From the NCBI GenBank assembly GCA_963702425.1, contig CAVPCQ010000016.1, positions 64,001 through 128,000 on the forward strand: a DNA stretch of 64,000 bases. The letters run 5' to 3'. A program made the position numbers and the translations under genes. Shown in pieces: positions 10,115 to 21,559 of this stretch; position 1 is the first letter of the stretch; each line of letters opens with the position of its first letter. Source of the DNA: an uncultured Acidobacteriota bacterium. GTDB lineage: Bacteria > Acidobacteriota > Polarisedimenticolia > J045. The notes below the pieces were generated by a model. The model was given only the letters and a program-made list of their open reading frames with translations. It was not told the DNA's origin and ran no database searches.

Positions 10115-11938
10115 ATGAGAAGGCTCGCCGCCGTCACGCTGCTCTGGCTCCTGGCGCCCATTCTCGCCGGATCCGTTGGCCACGCCTGCACCAACTTCCT
10201 GGTCTCGAAGGGCGCGAGCGCCGACGGGTCCACGATGATCACCTACTCCGCCGACTCCCACGAGCTCTACGGCGAGTTGTACCACTGGCCGGCGGCCAAG
10301 TACCCGCCGGGGGTGCAGCGCGACATCATCGAGTGGGATACGGGGAAGTTCCTGGGCCGGATCCCGGAGGCCGCGGAGACCTACGCCGTCATCGGCAACA
10401 TCAACGAGCACCAGGTGGCGATCGGCGAGACCACGTGGGGCGGGCGGCCCGAGCTGGCCGGATCGGATGGGCTCATCGACTACGGCAGCCTGATGTACAT
10501 CGCGCTGCAGCGCGCCCGGACCGCCCGCGAGGCGATCGCGGTCATGACCAGCCTCGTCGCGGAGCACGGGTACGCCAGCACGGGGGAGTCGTTCTCGATC
10601 GCCGATCCGCAGGAGGTCTGGATCCTCGAGCTGATCGGCAAGGGGAAGGGCCGCAAGGGCGCGGTCTGGGTGGCCCGTCGCGTTCCCGACGGCTACATCT
10701 CCGGGCACGCCAACGCCGCGCGGATCCGACAGTTCCCGCTGAACGACCCGCAGGCCGAGACGCTCTACGCCCCCGACGTGATCACCTTCGCCCGCGAGCT
10801 GGGGTGGTTCAGCGGCAAGGACGAGGAGTTCTCGTTCGCCGACACCTACAGCCCGACCGACTTCGGCGCCCGGCGCTTCTGCGACGCGCGGGTCTGGTGC
10901 ATGTTCCACCGCGCGGCCCCCTCCCGGCAGATTCCGGTCTCCTGGGCCGACGGGAAGGACGCGTCCGCCGAACCGCTCCCGCTCTGGGTCAAGCCCGATC
11001 GCAAGGTGAGCGTCTCCGACGTCATGGGCTTCATGCGCGATCACTTCCAGGGGACTCCGCTCGACATGACCCAGGACATCGGCGCGGGGCCGTACGGGCT
11101 GCCCTACCGCTGGCGGCCGCTGACCTGGAAAGTCGACGGCGTCGAGTACCTCAACGAGCGCGCGGTCTCGACGCAGCAGACCGGGTTCTCGTTCGTCAGC
11201 CAGTCGCGCTCGTGGCTCCCGGATGCCATCGGCGGGGTCCTGTGGTTCGGCGTCGACGACACCTACAGCACCGTCTACTTCCCGGTCTACGCCGGGATCG
11301 AGAAGATCCCGGTCAACTGGGCCGTCGGAACCGGGTCCTTCGACGAGGTGACCTGGGACTCCGCCTTCTGGGTCTTCAACCAGGTCTCGAACTTCGCCTA
11401 CTCGCGATTCAACGACAAGATCCAGGACATCCAGAAGGTCCAGCGGGAGCTGGAGGGGAGGTTCCTCGCGGCTCAGCCGGAGGTCGACAGGGCCGCCGCG
11501 GCGCTCTACGCGCAGTCGCCCCGCCTGGCCAGGGACTACCTGACTCAGTACACCGCCGAAGCCGGCGCCGAGGTCGTGAGCCGCTGGAGGGAGCTCTCGA
11601 AGTTCCTGCTCTACAAGTACCTCGACGGGAACGTGAAGGACGCGACCGGGAAGGTGACGCACCCCGGGTACGACGAGGACTGGTACAAGCTGGTCGCGAG
11701 CGCGACCGGGGACCGGCTCAAGACCGCGAAGCTCCCGGCGGAGATCGAGGCGGAACGCGCCCAGAAGGAGAAGGCGGCGAAGCTCTCCCAGGCGGTCCTC
11801 GCGGTCTTCCAGGCCCGGGGGCTCGAGGTCAGCGCCGCAACGCGCGAGAAGATCCTGGCGGCGGATGACCCCGGGAAGCTCGAGTCCTGGCTCGTCAACG
11901 CCGCGACGGCCTCCACCCCCGCGGCGGCCATCGACTGA
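10115..11938 (+). CDS. C69 family dipeptidase, secreted
   Basis: Signal peptide then CTNFLVSKGASADGS (Ntn Cys nucleophile), NEHQVAIGETT, GESFSIAD, ERAVSTQQT, SAFWVFN. Confidence 0.9.
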   Translation: MRRLAAVTLLWLLAPILAGSVGHACTNFLVSKGASADGSTMITYSADSHELYGELYHWPAAKYPPGVQRDIIEWDTGKFLGRIPEAAETYAVIGNINEHQVAIGETTWGGRPELAGSDGLIDYGSLMYIALQRARTAREAIAVMTSLVAEHGYASTGESFSIADPQEVWILELIGKGKGRKGAVWVARRVPDGYISGHANAARIRQFPLNDPQAETLYAPDVITFARELGWFSGKDEEFSFADTYSPTDFGARRFCDARVWCMFHRAAPSRQIPVSWADGKDASAEPLPLWVKPDRKVSVSDVMGFMRDHFQGTPLDMTQDIGAGPYGLPYRWRPLTWKVDGVEYLNERAVSTQQTGFSFVSQSRSWLPDAIGGVLWFGVDDTYSTVYFPVYAGIEKIPVNWAVGTGSFDEVTWDSAFWVFNQVSNFAYSRFNDKIQDIQKVQRELEGRFLAAQPEVDRAAAALYAQSPRLARDYLTQYTAEAGAEVVSRWRELSKFLLYKYLDGNVKDATGKVTHPGYDEDWYKLVASATGDRLKTAKLPAEIEAERAQKEKAAKLSQAVLAVFQARGLEVSAATREKILAADDPGKLESWLVNAATASTPAAAID

Positions 11939-11955
11939 CGGGTCGACGCGCCCTG

Positions 11956-12780
11956 CTAGTCCCCGCCGTAGGCGATCTCGAGCCGCCGCGCCCGCTGCAT
12001 CGCGAGCCAGACCAGCGCCGCCGCCAGCGCGAGCACGCCGAGCACGGCCAGCCAGACCGGCGGCGGGTCGGCCACGATCGCGAACGGCCCCTCGTTGATC
12101 GGCACCGGCCGCAGCGCGTTCAGGTAGTGGATCACGCTGAGCTGCTTGAGCCAGCCGGGCAGGAACGGGTTGGCGGCCTCGACGGCCCAGATCGCGACGG
12201 CCGGCAGCAGCGGGTTCTTGAACATCATCCCGGCGAGCGTGAAGACCGCGCCGTAGCCGACGACCGCCAGCAGCACGATCGCGAGGTACCAGGGGATCAG
12301 GTAGGCCTGCCGGGAGAGGGTCGCCGTACCGAGCGGCAGGAACCCCAGCACGAGGGCGACGAGCGTCACCGTCCCGAAGACCGCCCAGCCCGCCGCGACC
12401 CCGGCCGCGTACTTCCCGGCGACCAGCACCTCGCGCCGGATCGGCGCGAGCAGGAAGTAGTGGAGCGTGCGGTCCAGCAGGTCGCCGCGGAACAGGTTCA
12501 TGAAGATCCAGACGCAGCCCAGGTAGACCGCGAAGCGCAGCACGAGGAACTCGAAGAAGTTGGCGAGCCCCTGCGTGAAGTTCGCGATCGAGACCGTGCG
12601 GTCGGGTGACATCGGGATCACCGCGCGCAGCACGGGCGGCAACAGCGCCAGCGCGGCGAGCCCGTAGACCAGCAGCGCACGCTTGCCGAACAGTGCCTTC
12701 TTCAGCTCCATCCGGAACAGCGCGGCGAACTGCTGGCGCCACACCGGCCACGGCAGCGCGCGGATCTCGGCGGTCGTCAC
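11956..12780 (-). CDS. ABC transporter permease
   Basis: Six-TM pattern, TLHYFLLAPIRR..GKY motif; GTG start overlaps the upstream TGA. Confidence 0.82.
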   Translation of the reverse strand: MTTAEIRALPWPVWRQQFAALFRMELKKALFGKRALLVYGLAALALLPPVLRAVIPMSPDRTVSIANFTQGLANFFEFLVLRFAVYLGCVWIFMNLFRGDLLDRTLHYFLLAPIRREVLVAGKYAAGVAAGWAVFGTVTLVALVLGFLPLGTATLSRQAYLIPWYLAIVLLAVVGYGAVFTLAGMMFKNPLLPAVAIWAVEAANPFLPGWLKQLSVIHYLNALRPVPINEGPFAIVADPPPVWLAVLGVLALAAALVWLAMQRARRLEIAYGGD

Positions 12781-13769
12781 GAGCCCCCCCGTCCGGCGTC
12801 CTGGATCAGGTACTGGTAGACCGACTGGACGTCGTCGTCGGCCGGCGCCACGGCGTCGATCCGCGCCCCCGACGCGAGCACGACGCGATTGAGCGCCAGG
12901 AAGAAGGCGTCGGCGTCCTCGGTCCGGACGAACAGGCCCCCCTTGTCGGCGTGCAGCTTGACCTCGACCACCCCGTCCTCCGCCATCAGGCTCGCGGCGA
13001 GGACCTGCGGGGCGTCGCAGCGGATCAGCACCTGCAGCGGGTGGCGCCGCATCTCGCCGCGGACCGCCTGGATGTTCCCTTCCGCGACGACGTAGCCCTC
13101 GTTGAGCAGCACGACCTGGTCGGAGAGCAGGTCGACCTCGTGCAGGATGTGTGAGGAGAGGATGACGTGCCGGCCGGCGCGGGCCTGCACGCGCAGCAGC
13201 GCGATCACCTCGGCCCGGGCCAGCGGGTCGAGCCCGTTGAGCGGCTCGTCGAGGATCAGCACCTGCGGGTCGACGGCGAGCGCGAGGCCCAGCCGCAGCC
13301 GCTGGCGCATCCCCTTCGAGTAGCCCGCGACCCGTCGATCCGCAGCCTCGGAGAGGCCGACCTGCTCGAGCATCTCGGCCGCACGCTCCCGCGCCCACGC
13401 GGCGCCGTGCCCGCTCAGCGCCAGGAGCGAGACCAGGAACGAGCGCCCGGTCGCCCCCGGCGGGAACGCGTCCTGCTGCGTGCAGAAGCCGACCCGCTGG
13501 AACAGCTGCTCGGGGTGCCCGGGGGAGATCCCGAGCACCGAGACCGTCCCCGCGCTCGGGCGCAGCAGGCCGGTCATCAGCCCCATCAGCGTGCTCTTGC
13601 CGGCGCCGTTGGGGCCGACCAGGCCGGTGATCCCGGGCGGGATCGCCAGCGTGACGCGGTTGACCCCGAGCGTCTCGCCGTAGAACTTCGAGACGTTGTC
13701 GAAGATCACCAGTTCCTCACGCGGGCGGCGGACCGGTGCCTCTGCGCCGCTCCCGCTGGCCGCGCTCAC
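12777..13769 (-). CDS. ABC transporter ATP-binding protein
   Basis: Walker A GPNGAGKS, YSKGMRQR, ILDEP, SSH. Confidence 0.93.
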   Translation of the reverse strand: MSAASGSGAEAPVRRPREELVIFDNVSKFYGETLGVNRVTLAIPPGITGLVGPNGAGKSTLMGLMTGLLRPSAGTVSVLGISPGHPEQLFQRVGFCTQQDAFPPGATGRSFLVSLLALSGHGAAWARERAAEMLEQVGLSEAADRRVAGYSKGMRQRLRLGLALAVDPQVLILDEPLNGLDPLARAEVIALLRVQARAGRHVILSSHILHEVDLLSDQVVLLNEGYVVAEGNIQAVRGEMRRHPLQVLIRCDAPQVLAASLMAEDGVVEVKLHADKGGLFVRTEDADAFFLALNRVVLASGARIDAVAPADDDVQSVYQYLIQDAGRGGS

Positions 13770-14644
13770 CGGACCACCTCGTAGGCCTTGACGCGGCGGT
13801 GGAGCAGCACGACGCACCCGGCGCAGACCAGCCCGAGCACGACGAATGCCGCCCACGGCGGCAGGTCGCCGACCTCGCTGCTCAGCGTGGTCCCGAACAG
13901 CCAGGACCAGGCGGTCTGGATCAGGTGGTTGATGTCGAGCAGACGCCCCCAGCTGGTGTCGAGCAGGGCGTTCATCGCCAGGCCGAACGGAGCGCCCGCG
14001 ACGAAGATCGCGAAGATCACCGCCCCCGCCAGCGGCTTCCATTTGACCAGCGCCGAGATCGACAGCGCCAGCAGCGTCAGCACAGCGATCAGCAGCCACG
14101 AGCCGGCGAACACGCCGACCGCCAGGCGCAGGTTCTCGGACCACCACGAGCCGCCGGCCAGGGCGGCCTGAAAGAGCCAGAGCAGGAGGCCGGGGACCCA
14201 GGTCATCAGCGACAGCACCAGCGCGAGGACCAGCCCCTTGCCGACGAGGTACTCGGTGCGGGTCAGCGGCCGGCTGAAGTAGAGCGGCAGGGCGTTGTTG
14301 CGCAGGTCGGGCGAGATCAGCCCGGGGCCGACGAAGAGCGTCGTGAAGAACGCGAAGATCAGCCCCTGGACATAGAGGAAGTTGAGGAAGTACTTCGCGC
14401 CGATCGAGAACGAGAGCGCCCCGCCGACACTGATCCCGAGCGGCTTGAGGATCTCGAGATTGTTGATCCCGTAGAGATAGAGGGCGTTGCCGATCGGCCA
14501 GGCCAGGCAGGCCACGAACCAGCCGACGAACTTCCTGTTGGCGAGGAGGTCGGCCAGCGCGTAGCGCGTGACGACCGTCCGCCGCGCCGCCTCCGAGGCG
14601 ACCGGTCCGGCGTAGGCCCGGTAGGCGCGCTCATAGACGGCCAT
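13766..14644 (-). CDS. ABC transporter permease
   Basis: TM helices; [24 protein letters not shown]. Confidence 0.88.
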   Translation of the reverse strand: MAVYERAYRAYAGPVASEAARRTVVTRYALADLLANRKFVGWFVACLAWPIGNALYLYGINNLEILKPLGISVGGALSFSIGAKYFLNFLYVQGLIFAFFTTLFVGPGLISPDLRNNALPLYFSRPLTRTEYLVGKGLVLALVLSLMTWVPGLLLWLFQAALAGGSWWSENLRLAVGVFAGSWLLIAVLTLLALSISALVKWKPLAGAVIFAIFVAGAPFGLAMNALLDTSWGRLLDINHLIQTAWSWLFGTTLSSEVGDLPPWAAFVVLGLVCAGCVVLLHRRVKAYEVVR

Positions 14645-15560
14645 CGATCTCCCCCATCGCCGCCAGGAAGATCTCCTCGAGCGAGGTGCGTTTGACTTCC
14701 AGCCGCCGCAGCTGCACGCCGCGCTCGGCCGCCGCGCGGAAGAGGTGGGTGACGTCGAGCCCCTCCGGGAGGAGGACCTTGATCCGCTTGCGCGACCCGG
14801 CCGTGCACTCGCCGCCGAGCTGCGCCACCGCGGCGACGAAGGCGTCGCTGTTCCCGACCGCCTCGACCTCGACCAGGCGCTGCTGTGCGCGGCGCTCTGC
14901 AGCCAGGTTGCACTGCGCGGCGATCGCGCCGTTCTTCAGCACCAGCACCTCCTCGCAGCTCTCCTCGACGTCGCGCAGCAGGTGCGAGGAGAGGATCAGG
15001 TGCATGTCACCGCGCTCGCGGATGTCCCGGATCAGCTCGATCATCCGGACGCGGTGCGGCGGGTCGAGTCCGTTGGTCGGCTCGTCGAGGATCAGGAGCC
15101 TCGGCCCGTGGACGATCGCCTGGGCCAGCTTGGCCTGCTGCTTCATCCCCAGTGAGTAGGTGCCCAGCGGCCGGTAGCGCGCCTCGCCGAGGCCGACCCA
15201 GAAGAGCGCCTCGTGGGCCCGCTCGAGCGCCTGCTCGGCCGGGAGGCCCGACAGCTCCGCCATCAGCCGCACGTACCGGACGGCCGACATCTCGGCGATG
15301 AAGCTGTCGTTCTCGGGCATGTAGCCGACCAGCCGGCGGATCGCGCCGATCCCGGTCCGGATGTCGTGGCCGAAGACGCGAGCGGTGCCGTCGCTCGGCG
15401 GGAAGAAGCCGAGCAGCGTGTGCAGGAGGGTCGTCTTCCCGGCCCCGTTCGGGCCGAGCAGCCCCAGCGTACGACCGCCCAGCCCGGCGGTGAGGCCCTT
15501 GAGGATGGGCCTCCCGCCGAGCCGGACCGTCAGCTGGTCGAGTTCGATCGCCGGCGTCAT
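14631..15560 (-). CDS. ABC transporter ATP-binding protein
   Basis: [26 protein letters not shown]. Confidence 0.93.
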   Translation of the reverse strand: MTPAIELDQLTVRLGGRPILKGLTAGLGGRTLGLLGPNGAGKTTLLHTLLGFFPPSDGTARVFGHDIRTGIGAIRRLVGYMPENDSFIAEMSAVRYVRLMAELSGLPAEQALERAHEALFWVGLGEARYRPLGTYSLGMKQQAKLAQAIVHGPRLLILDEPTNGLDPPHRVRMIELIRDIRERGDMHLILSSHLLRDVEESCEEVLVLKNGAIAAQCNLAAERRAQQRLVEVEAVGNSDAFVAAVAQLGGECTAGSRKRIKVLLPEGLDVTHLFRAAAERGVQLRRLEVKRTSLEEIFLAAMGEIDGRL

Positions 15561-18250
15561 CGAGCCGCGGATTCTCCCTCGGGAAGGGGCGCCGGCGAAA
15601 CCGGCTGATCGGAACCGCCGAGCAGGGCCGGGAGCAGCATCCGGGTCAGGCTGCGCCGTGCGCCGGCGACCGTGATCCGATCGGCCTCGCCGTAGGCGAC
15701 GTCGAGCATCGGTCCGGTGTCGAGCGCCCCGAGCTGCGCCGTCGCCTCCTTGGGGAGAGGCATCGCGCCGAGCGCGTCGATCAACCGGCCGGTGTCGCGC
15801 CAGACGAAGGCCGAGACACTGGCGTGGCCGTCGCGCGGCAGCCGCGAGACGAAGGCCGGGGCGCCGGCGAGGGACACGCCGGCGCGCGCGTTGGCGAGCG
15901 CCTGCGCGAGGAGCGTGCGCTGGGAGGCAACGATCACGTAGCCGTCGGCGAAGGTGTAATGGATCTCCATCGTCGGCGGGGTCGTGCCGACCTGGTAGTA
16001 GGTGCGCCCGTTCTCTTCGGCGCTGGTCAGCACCGGGACCGGCCGCTGCGCCTCGGCCGCCTTGATCGCGGCGCGGGCCACGAGCTGCTCGATCGCATGC
16101 TGCAGCCGCGCCGGGTCGTAGACCTCGGCCGCCACCTTCCAGGCCGGCGTCGGGAAGACCGGGCCGTCGAGCGCGACCACGAACTCGCCGCCCAGCGGGA
16201 CCAGCAGGTCCTCGCGGAGGTCGAGCCCGAGTTCGGCGCCGATCGAGCCCATCTTCTCCCGGACCGCGGAGGCCTGGTCGCCCAGCAGCGCGAACGACTC
16301 GTCGAGCATCACGGCCGGGTCCTTGACGACCGCCCCGGCGGCGAACGTCGCGTCCGGCGAGATGAAGCGCAGCGCGCCCATCGGCGAGGGCTCGTCCAGC
16401 CAGGCCAGAGCACCCTTGCGCGGGCCGTCGAAGATCAAGGTGGCGTGGAGCGTCGCGGCCTCTCCTTCGCCGTCGCCTTCGACGACGAGGAACTTCGCCC
16501 CGGCGAGACCGGACAGCGCGAAGGCCCGCTGCGCGTCCGCGCGAGCGGTCTCGCTCGCATCCGCCGGCACGCTGCGGGCGAGCAGCGTGGCGACGTCGAT
16601 CCCACCCAGCCAGACCGCGCCGTCACGGTAGGCCGCAGCCAGCTCGGCGTGCAGCGAGGTTCCCCCGAAGCCGCCGCGTCCCGACGCGGCCGCGGTGGCG
16701 AGCGCCTCGAGCGCCGCGCGCCCAGTTGCCGCGAGCATCAGGTCGCCCTGCGTCATCAGGTAGAGCGCCGGAGGGCCGTGCGGCGTGTCGACGCCCGGGA
16801 GTGCGAAGGCGTCGACGGGGACGTCCGCCGGGCCGGCCACCAGCCGGAACGGCGCGCCGCCCTTCGCAGCGAGTGCGGTCACTTCCTGCTCGACCAGCGC
16901 CCGGAACGACGCCTCGTTCTTCAGCGTCGCCGCGATCGCCAGCCCGGCGAAGGGCCGTCCGTCGCCGGCAAGCGCCGCGATCGCCACCTCGTCGCCGAGC
17001 TCACCGCCAACCAGGCGGACCTTGTCGACCACCGCCGAAAGCTGGGCCTCCTGCTCCGCGCCCGCGTGCTCGCGCCACCAGGCGCCGAGCGTCTCGTTGC
17101 CGTGCGCGCGCTCGAGGAACATCCGCCAGGCCTCGTCGATTCGCCCGCTCAGGTTCGGGAGCGCGGCGAACAGGACCGCGTTCTGCGGCATCAGGTCCAT
17201 CAGGCGCGTCGACGTCCGCGGGGCCGGACCGGGCAACCGGTCGATCTCCTGCGCCAGCGCCTGCAGCTCGGCGAGCAGCGCCCGGTGCTTGTCGGCATGG
17301 CGCGACCAGCCGATCTCGTCCTCGAGCGTGGTCCCGAAGAGGGCCGGCGAGCTGGAGAACTGCTGGCCGGGCTTCAACAGCGCGCGCTCCGTGCCGTGAT
17401 CGACCTCGACCGCGCCCTCCAGCACCGAGACCCGCGTCCCCTTCTCGCCGCTGACGACCGAGAAGACGGTCCCCTTGACCGCCACGCGGCTGTCGCTGGT
17501 CGTGACGTAGAGGTGACCCGAGCCCTGCTTGCTGGCCTCGACGATCACCTGGCCGCCGGCCAGCGCGAGGTCCGTTCCGTCGGCCGCGCGCTGCAGCGTC
17601 AGCTCGGTGCGAGGCGCCAGCTCGATGCGCGAACCGTCGGCCAGGACGATCACAGCGCCGGTTTCCTTGCCGGTCCGCACCGTCTCGCCGTACGGGACCT
17701 TGGCGCCGCGCGCGATCGGCATCGCGCTGACGCGCCCGACGTTGAGCAGCAGGCCGTCCAGTTCCGCGACCGTGGCGCTGTTCGGAACCAGCCCGATCCA
17801 GCCCGGCTGCAGCAGCCAGGTGCCGGCGCCAACGGCGACGAGCACGGCGGCGGCGGCGGCCCAGGCCCAGGCGCGCGAGCGGCGCGAGGCCGGCGCGGCC
17901 GCGACGGTCCGCCGCCGGTCGGTGACGGCCGGTGCCCCGGTGCGCACGCGCTTGTGCGCGGCGCGGCAGGTCACGCACCCCTTCAGGTGCTCGTCGACGA
18001 TCAGCGCACGGTCGCGGGCGAGCGTCCCGTCGTGACGCGCCGGGAGCAGCGCCTGGATCTCCGTGCACCCGAGCAGCGGGTGTTCGGCACCGCGGCCGCC
18101 CGCGGGCATGGCGGCGCGCTCGCCGGCCAGCGCGTCACCGACCCGCCGAGCGGCGGAGGCGACCTCGGCCTCGGACAGCGACTCCGCGCGCACGGCGCGC
18201 GCGGCCTCGTCGATCAGGGCGTCGAACTTGTCGTCGTGAGGGGCGTTCAT
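15557..18250 (-). CDS. anti-sigma factor: zinc-binding HxxxCxxC domain + TM + FecR domain + large periplasmic domain
   Basis: [26 protein letters not shown], FecR-like [29 protein letters not shown]; ATG 18250 overlaps the sigma stop. Confidence 0.8.
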   Translation of the reverse strand: MNAPHDDKFDALIDEAARAVRAESLSEAEVASAARRVGDALAGERAAMPAGGRGAEHPLLGCTEIQALLPARHDGTLARDRALIVDEHLKGCVTCRAAHKRVRTGAPAVTDRRRTVAAAPASRRSRAWAWAAAAAVLVAVGAGTWLLQPGWIGLVPNSATVAELDGLLLNVGRVSAMPIARGAKVPYGETVRTGKETGAVIVLADGSRIELAPRTELTLQRAADGTDLALAGGQVIVEASKQGSGHLYVTTSDSRVAVKGTVFSVVSGEKGTRVSVLEGAVEVDHGTERALLKPGQQFSSSPALFGTTLEDEIGWSRHADKHRALLAELQALAQEIDRLPGPAPRTSTRLMDLMPQNAVLFAALPNLSGRIDEAWRMFLERAHGNETLGAWWREHAGAEQEAQLSAVVDKVRLVGGELGDEVAIAALAGDGRPFAGLAIAATLKNEASFRALVEQEVTALAAKGGAPFRLVAGPADVPVDAFALPGVDTPHGPPALYLMTQGDLMLAATGRAALEALATAAASGRGGFGGTSLHAELAAAYRDGAVWLGGIDVATLLARSVPADASETARADAQRAFALSGLAGAKFLVVEGDGEGEAATLHATLIFDGPRKGALAWLDEPSPMGALRFISPDATFAAGAVVKDPAVMLDESFALLGDQASAVREKMGSIGAELGLDLREDLLVPLGGEFVVALDGPVFPTPAWKVAAEVYDPARLQHAIEQLVARAAIKAAEAQRPVPVLTSAEENGRTYYQVGTTPPTMEIHYTFADGYVIVASQRTLLAQALANARAGVSLAGAPAFVSRLPRDGHASVSAFVWRDTGRLIDALGAMPLPKEATAQLGALDTGPMLDVAYGEADRITVAGARRSLTRMLLPALLGGSDQPVSPAPLPEGESAAR

Positions 18251-18825
18251 GGCGTTTCTCCCGGGCGCGGCCCCGCGATCTCCTCGCGAAGCTGGCGCCG
18301 TGCGCGGTGCAGCAGGACGGCGACGTTGTTGCGCGTCGTCCCCATCGCCTCCGCGATCTCCTGGTGCTCCTTGCCCTCGAGAAAATGCAGCGCGAACGCT
18401 TCCGCCGCCTGGGGCGGCAGCCGCGTCAGCGCGGAGCGCAGCCACGCCGCCAGCATGCGGCGGCGGTGCCCGGCATCGGGCGGCTCCCCCGCCTCGTCCG
18501 CCACCAGCGACTCGATCTCGTCCAGCGGCGTCTCGGCCTCGCGCCGCCGCCGGCGGGCGAGATCGAGCGCCGCGTTGACCCCGGCCCGCTGCAGGTAGGC
18601 GCCGGCCTGCTCGGGGGCTACCGGAAGCGTGTCTTGCCGGCGGGCCAGCCTCAGGAACACGGCCTGCAGCGCATCCTCCGCGTCGGCGGCGTTGCCGGTG
18701 ACACGGTAGGCGGCCTGCAGGACCCGGGCGTGGTGGGCGCGGAAGACCGCCTCGAGGTCGGGGGGCGAGATCGTCAGCGGGTGGGCGGCAGTCACGGGGA
18801 TCTCCTCGTTGGGGCCTCCACTCAT
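18247..18825 (-). CDS. ECF RNA polymerase sigma factor
   Basis: Region 2 AADAEDALQAVFL..YLQRAGVNAALD; region 4 LPPQAAEAF..EIAEAMG..VAVLLHRAR. Confidence 0.93.
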   Translation of the reverse strand: MSGGPNEEIPVTAAHPLTISPPDLEAVFRAHHARVLQAAYRVTGNAADAEDALQAVFLRLARRQDTLPVAPEQAGAYLQRAGVNAALDLARRRRREAETPLDEIESLVADEAGEPPDAGHRRRMLAAWLRSALTRLPPQAAEAFALHFLEGKEHQEIAEAMGTTRNNVAVLLHRARRQLREEIAGPRPGETP

Positions 18826-18945
18826 CGAAACGCTCCCTCGGGGGTCATCATTACACCGGCCGGAGCGCGGGGGGCGCGGCGGCCGTGAACGGCCGCGGCG
18901 CAGGGGCGAACGGTCGGTGGCCGGGTGGCGCGCGGAGGCCGGCCG

Positions 18946-19722
18946 CTACGGGCCCGCGGCGACCTCCCTGAAGGAGCGCTCGAACACGGCCCGTACGGCG
19001 TCGAAGAAGGCGCGCTCGTCGGCGTAGTCCCGCGGCTCGAGCGGCGGCTCCACCCGGTAGGGGACGGTCACGCCCCGCCGAACCGCAAGCTGCTTCTCGT
19101 TGAGGACGGACTCGGTGTGCGCGGTCATCACGATCTGCACCGGCATCCCGCGACGGAAGGCGTAGCGAACCATCCCCGCCTTCAGCGGCTGCGGCCGGTC
19201 GCCCTGGCTGCGGTGCCCCTCGGCGTAGACGATCAGCCCGTCGAGCGGGCAACGCTCGAACTCGCGATCGAGCCAGCGGTAGAACGCCTCGCGGGTGTGC
19301 GCGCGGTCGCGGCGGAAGAACCAGACGGAGCGATCGAGGTGAGCCAGGACCCAGAAGACCGGGAAGATCCCCGCGACGAGGACGCGAGAAAGCGTCGCGG
19401 CCCGCCCCTCGAGGATCTCCTTGTGGACGAAGAAGTCGGCGACGCTGCGGTGCGGGCAGATCCAGAGGCAGGGCCCGCCGGACAGGACCGGCGCGGAACG
19501 CTCGTCCCGGCTGAGCCGCACGTCGTAGCGCCGCAGCAGCAGCCGGCACCACTCGCGCGTCACTCTCTCGCGGACCCGCGGGCGGCGAAGCCCGTGCGAC
19601 AGCAGGGCGCGCACCGGGTAGACGTACCCCAGCACCAGCACCTCGCGGATCGCAATCAGCCGGCCGCTGCGCGCGCTGGCCGCTCCTGGTCGCGCGCGCT
19701 CGGGCGCGGGACGGTCGGTCAC
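18946..19722 (-). CDS. lysophospholipid acyltransferase (PlsC family)
   Basis: HxxxxD motif HRSVAD, FFRR, YAEGHRS, LKAG. Confidence 0.82.
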   Translation of the reverse strand: MTDRPAPERARPGAASARSGRLIAIREVLVLGYVYPVRALLSHGLRRPRVRERVTREWCRLLLRRYDVRLSRDERSAPVLSGGPCLWICPHRSVADFFVHKEILEGRAATLSRVLVAGIFPVFWVLAHLDRSVWFFRRDRAHTREAFYRWLDREFERCPLDGLIVYAEGHRSQGDRPQPLKAGMVRYAFRRGMPVQIVMTAHTESVLNEKQLAVRRGVTVPYRVEPPLEPRDYADERAFFDAVRAVFERSFREVAAGP

Positions 19723-19785
19723 GGGTTTCGCTCCCCAGCCAGTCTACCTTGGCACCGCGGGGCTTCGGGACAGGGGATTTCTTCT

Positions 19786-19814
19786 TTGACGGGCCGCGTT
19801 CGCACCTGTAGCCT
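19786..19814 (+). promoter_or_regulatory. sigma70-like promoter for the trehalose operon
   Basis: TTGACG-17 bp-TAGCCT, ~285 bp upstream of the otsA ATG. Confidence 0.55.
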
Positions 19815-20098
19815 AGTGGGGTTCAATGAATCCCCCGGCAAGAGCGGGCGCGCCATCGTCGCCTCTGACGGTTGCTCCCGCGGGTTCGGTTGCCGTCCGG
19901 CGACCGAAGGCCAAGAGGAGAGGGTCGGGCCGCCCTCTCCCCAACGCGCGTGGCGCTGCCACTTCGCCATCCGGCGCGGGATCCCCGCCCGCTCCACGGC
20001 ACGCCTCGCCAGCGATCGCGCTCCTCCACGTCGCGGCCTGTTCCCGTTTCGGAGCTGCCGCTTCGCACGGCGCGCGGTCGCGCCCGGAGGACCGGATC

Positions 20099-21559
20099 AT
20101 GGAAGAAGTTTCGCGGTTTGGGCCGCCTGAGTCTCTCGTCGTGCTCTCGAACCGTCTGCCCTACAACCTCCCCGCGGCGCGGGAAGGAGGCACTCCGCGG
20201 CGCAACGTCGGCGGGCTGGTCAACGCCGTCGAACCGGCGCTCGCCGCGCGCGGCGGACTCTGGGTCGGCTGGGACGGCTCCGTGCTGCCGAATCTGGCGG
20301 CGATCGAGACCGCCCTCGCCGAGCCGAGGCGGTGGACCTCCCCCGCCGGCGTCGGGTTCGTCGGGGTGCCGATCTCCGAGCGCGAGCTGGCGCGCTTCTA
20401 CCACGGCTTCTGCAACGCGGCGCTCTGGCCGCTGTTCCACGACTTCATCGGGAAGGTCCGCTACCTGCCCGAAGAATTCGCGCTCTACGAGCGGGTCAAC
20501 CGCAGGATGGCCGAGGTGGCGCTCGCCCAGGCCGGCCCGGACGCCCGGATCTGGGTCCACGACTTTCACCTGATGCTGGTGCCGGCGATCCTGCGCGAGC
20601 TCGGCTTCCGCGGCCTGATCAACTTCTTCCTGCACACCCCCTTCCCGCCGGGAGAGATCTTCCGCACGCTGCCGTGGCGCGACCGGCTGCTCGCAGGGCT
20701 GCTCGCGGCCGACGGCATCGCCTTCCACCACGAGCGCTACCGCGAGAACTTCGTCCGGACGGCCCACGGCCTGGCCGCGCTCGACGTCGTGCCGTTGGGC
20801 GAGCAGATCGCGCTCGTCGGCGCTGCCGGAACGAGCCGGGCCTCGGTCTCGCCGATCGGGATCGACGTCGAGGACTTCGAGCGGCTGGCGGGAGCTCCCG
20901 CGGTCCTCGCGCGGGCGCACCGGATCCGCGCCGCGCACGGCGGGCGCCGCCTGCTCTTCGCCGCCGACCGTCTCGACTACACCAAGGGGATCCGCAAGCG
21001 CCTCTACGCGATCGAGCGCCTGTTAGACCTGCGTCCCGACCTCGTCGGCCGGGTCGACCTGGTGACCGTCGTCGTGCCGAGCCGGCACCAGGTCGAGGAG
21101 TACCGGGCGCTCAAGCGGGAGGTCGACCGCGAGGTCGGTCGGATCAACGGCGAGCGCGGCGAGGACGGCTGGCTGCCGATCCACTACCGCTACCGCGCGC
21201 TGGACCGGCGGGAGCTGGTCGCCCACTACCTTGCCGCGGACGTCGCGCTGGTGACGCCGCTGCGGGACGGCATGAACCTGGTCGCGTCCGAGTTCGCGGC
21301 GGCCCGCGTCGATGGCGACGGCGCGCTCGTCCTGAGCGAATTCGCGGGCGCCTCGGACCGGCTGCCGGGGGCGCTCCTCGTGAACCCCTACGACGTCGAC
21401 GGCGTCGCGGCGGCGATTGCGCGCGCGCTCGACATGGCTGAGGAAGAGCGGCGCGGACGGATGGCCCAGATGCGCCGCCGCGTGCGCGCGCTGACGGCGG
21501 TCTCCTGGGCCGATCACTGTCTGTCGGTCCCGCGGGGGTGCGCCGAGGGGGCCGCGTGA
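20099..21559 (+). CDS. otsA: trehalose-6-phosphate synthase
   Basis: [62 protein letters not shown]. Confidence 0.95.
   Translation: MEEVSRFGPPESLVVLSNRLPYNLPAAREGGTPRRNVGGLVNAVEPALAARGGLWVGWDGSVLPNLAAIETALAEPRRWTSPAGVGFVGVPISERELARFYHGFCNAALWPLFHDFIGKVRYLPEEFALYERVNRRMAEVALAQAGPDARIWVHDFHLMLVPAILRELGFRGLINFFLHTPFPPGEIFRTLPWRDRLLAGLLAADGIAFHHERYRENFVRTAHGLAALDVVPLGEQIALVGAAGTSRASVSPIGIDVEDFERLAGAPAVLARAHRIRAAHGGRRLLFAADRLDYTKGIRKRLYAIERLLDLRPDLVGRVDLVTVVVPSRHQVEEYRALKREVDREVGRINGERGEDGWLPIHYRYRALDRRELVAHYLAADVALVTPLRDGMNLVASEFAAARVDGDGALVLSEFAGASDRLPGALLVNPYDVDGVAAAIARALDMAEEERRGRMAQMRRRVRALTAVSWADHCLSVPRGCAEGAA

Noticed and set aside
694-18598. Very long alternative-frame ORFs (e.g. 694-3540 +, 4427-9070 -, 10001-12751 -, 15824-18598 +)
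   Set aside because: Antisense or off-frame shadows of real genes in high-GC DNA; Arg/Gly/Pro-rich with no motifs
19815-20098. c-di-AMP or c-di-GMP riboswitch in the otsA leader
   Set aside because: The conserved motifs of these families are not recognisable; kept only as an unclassified structured leader
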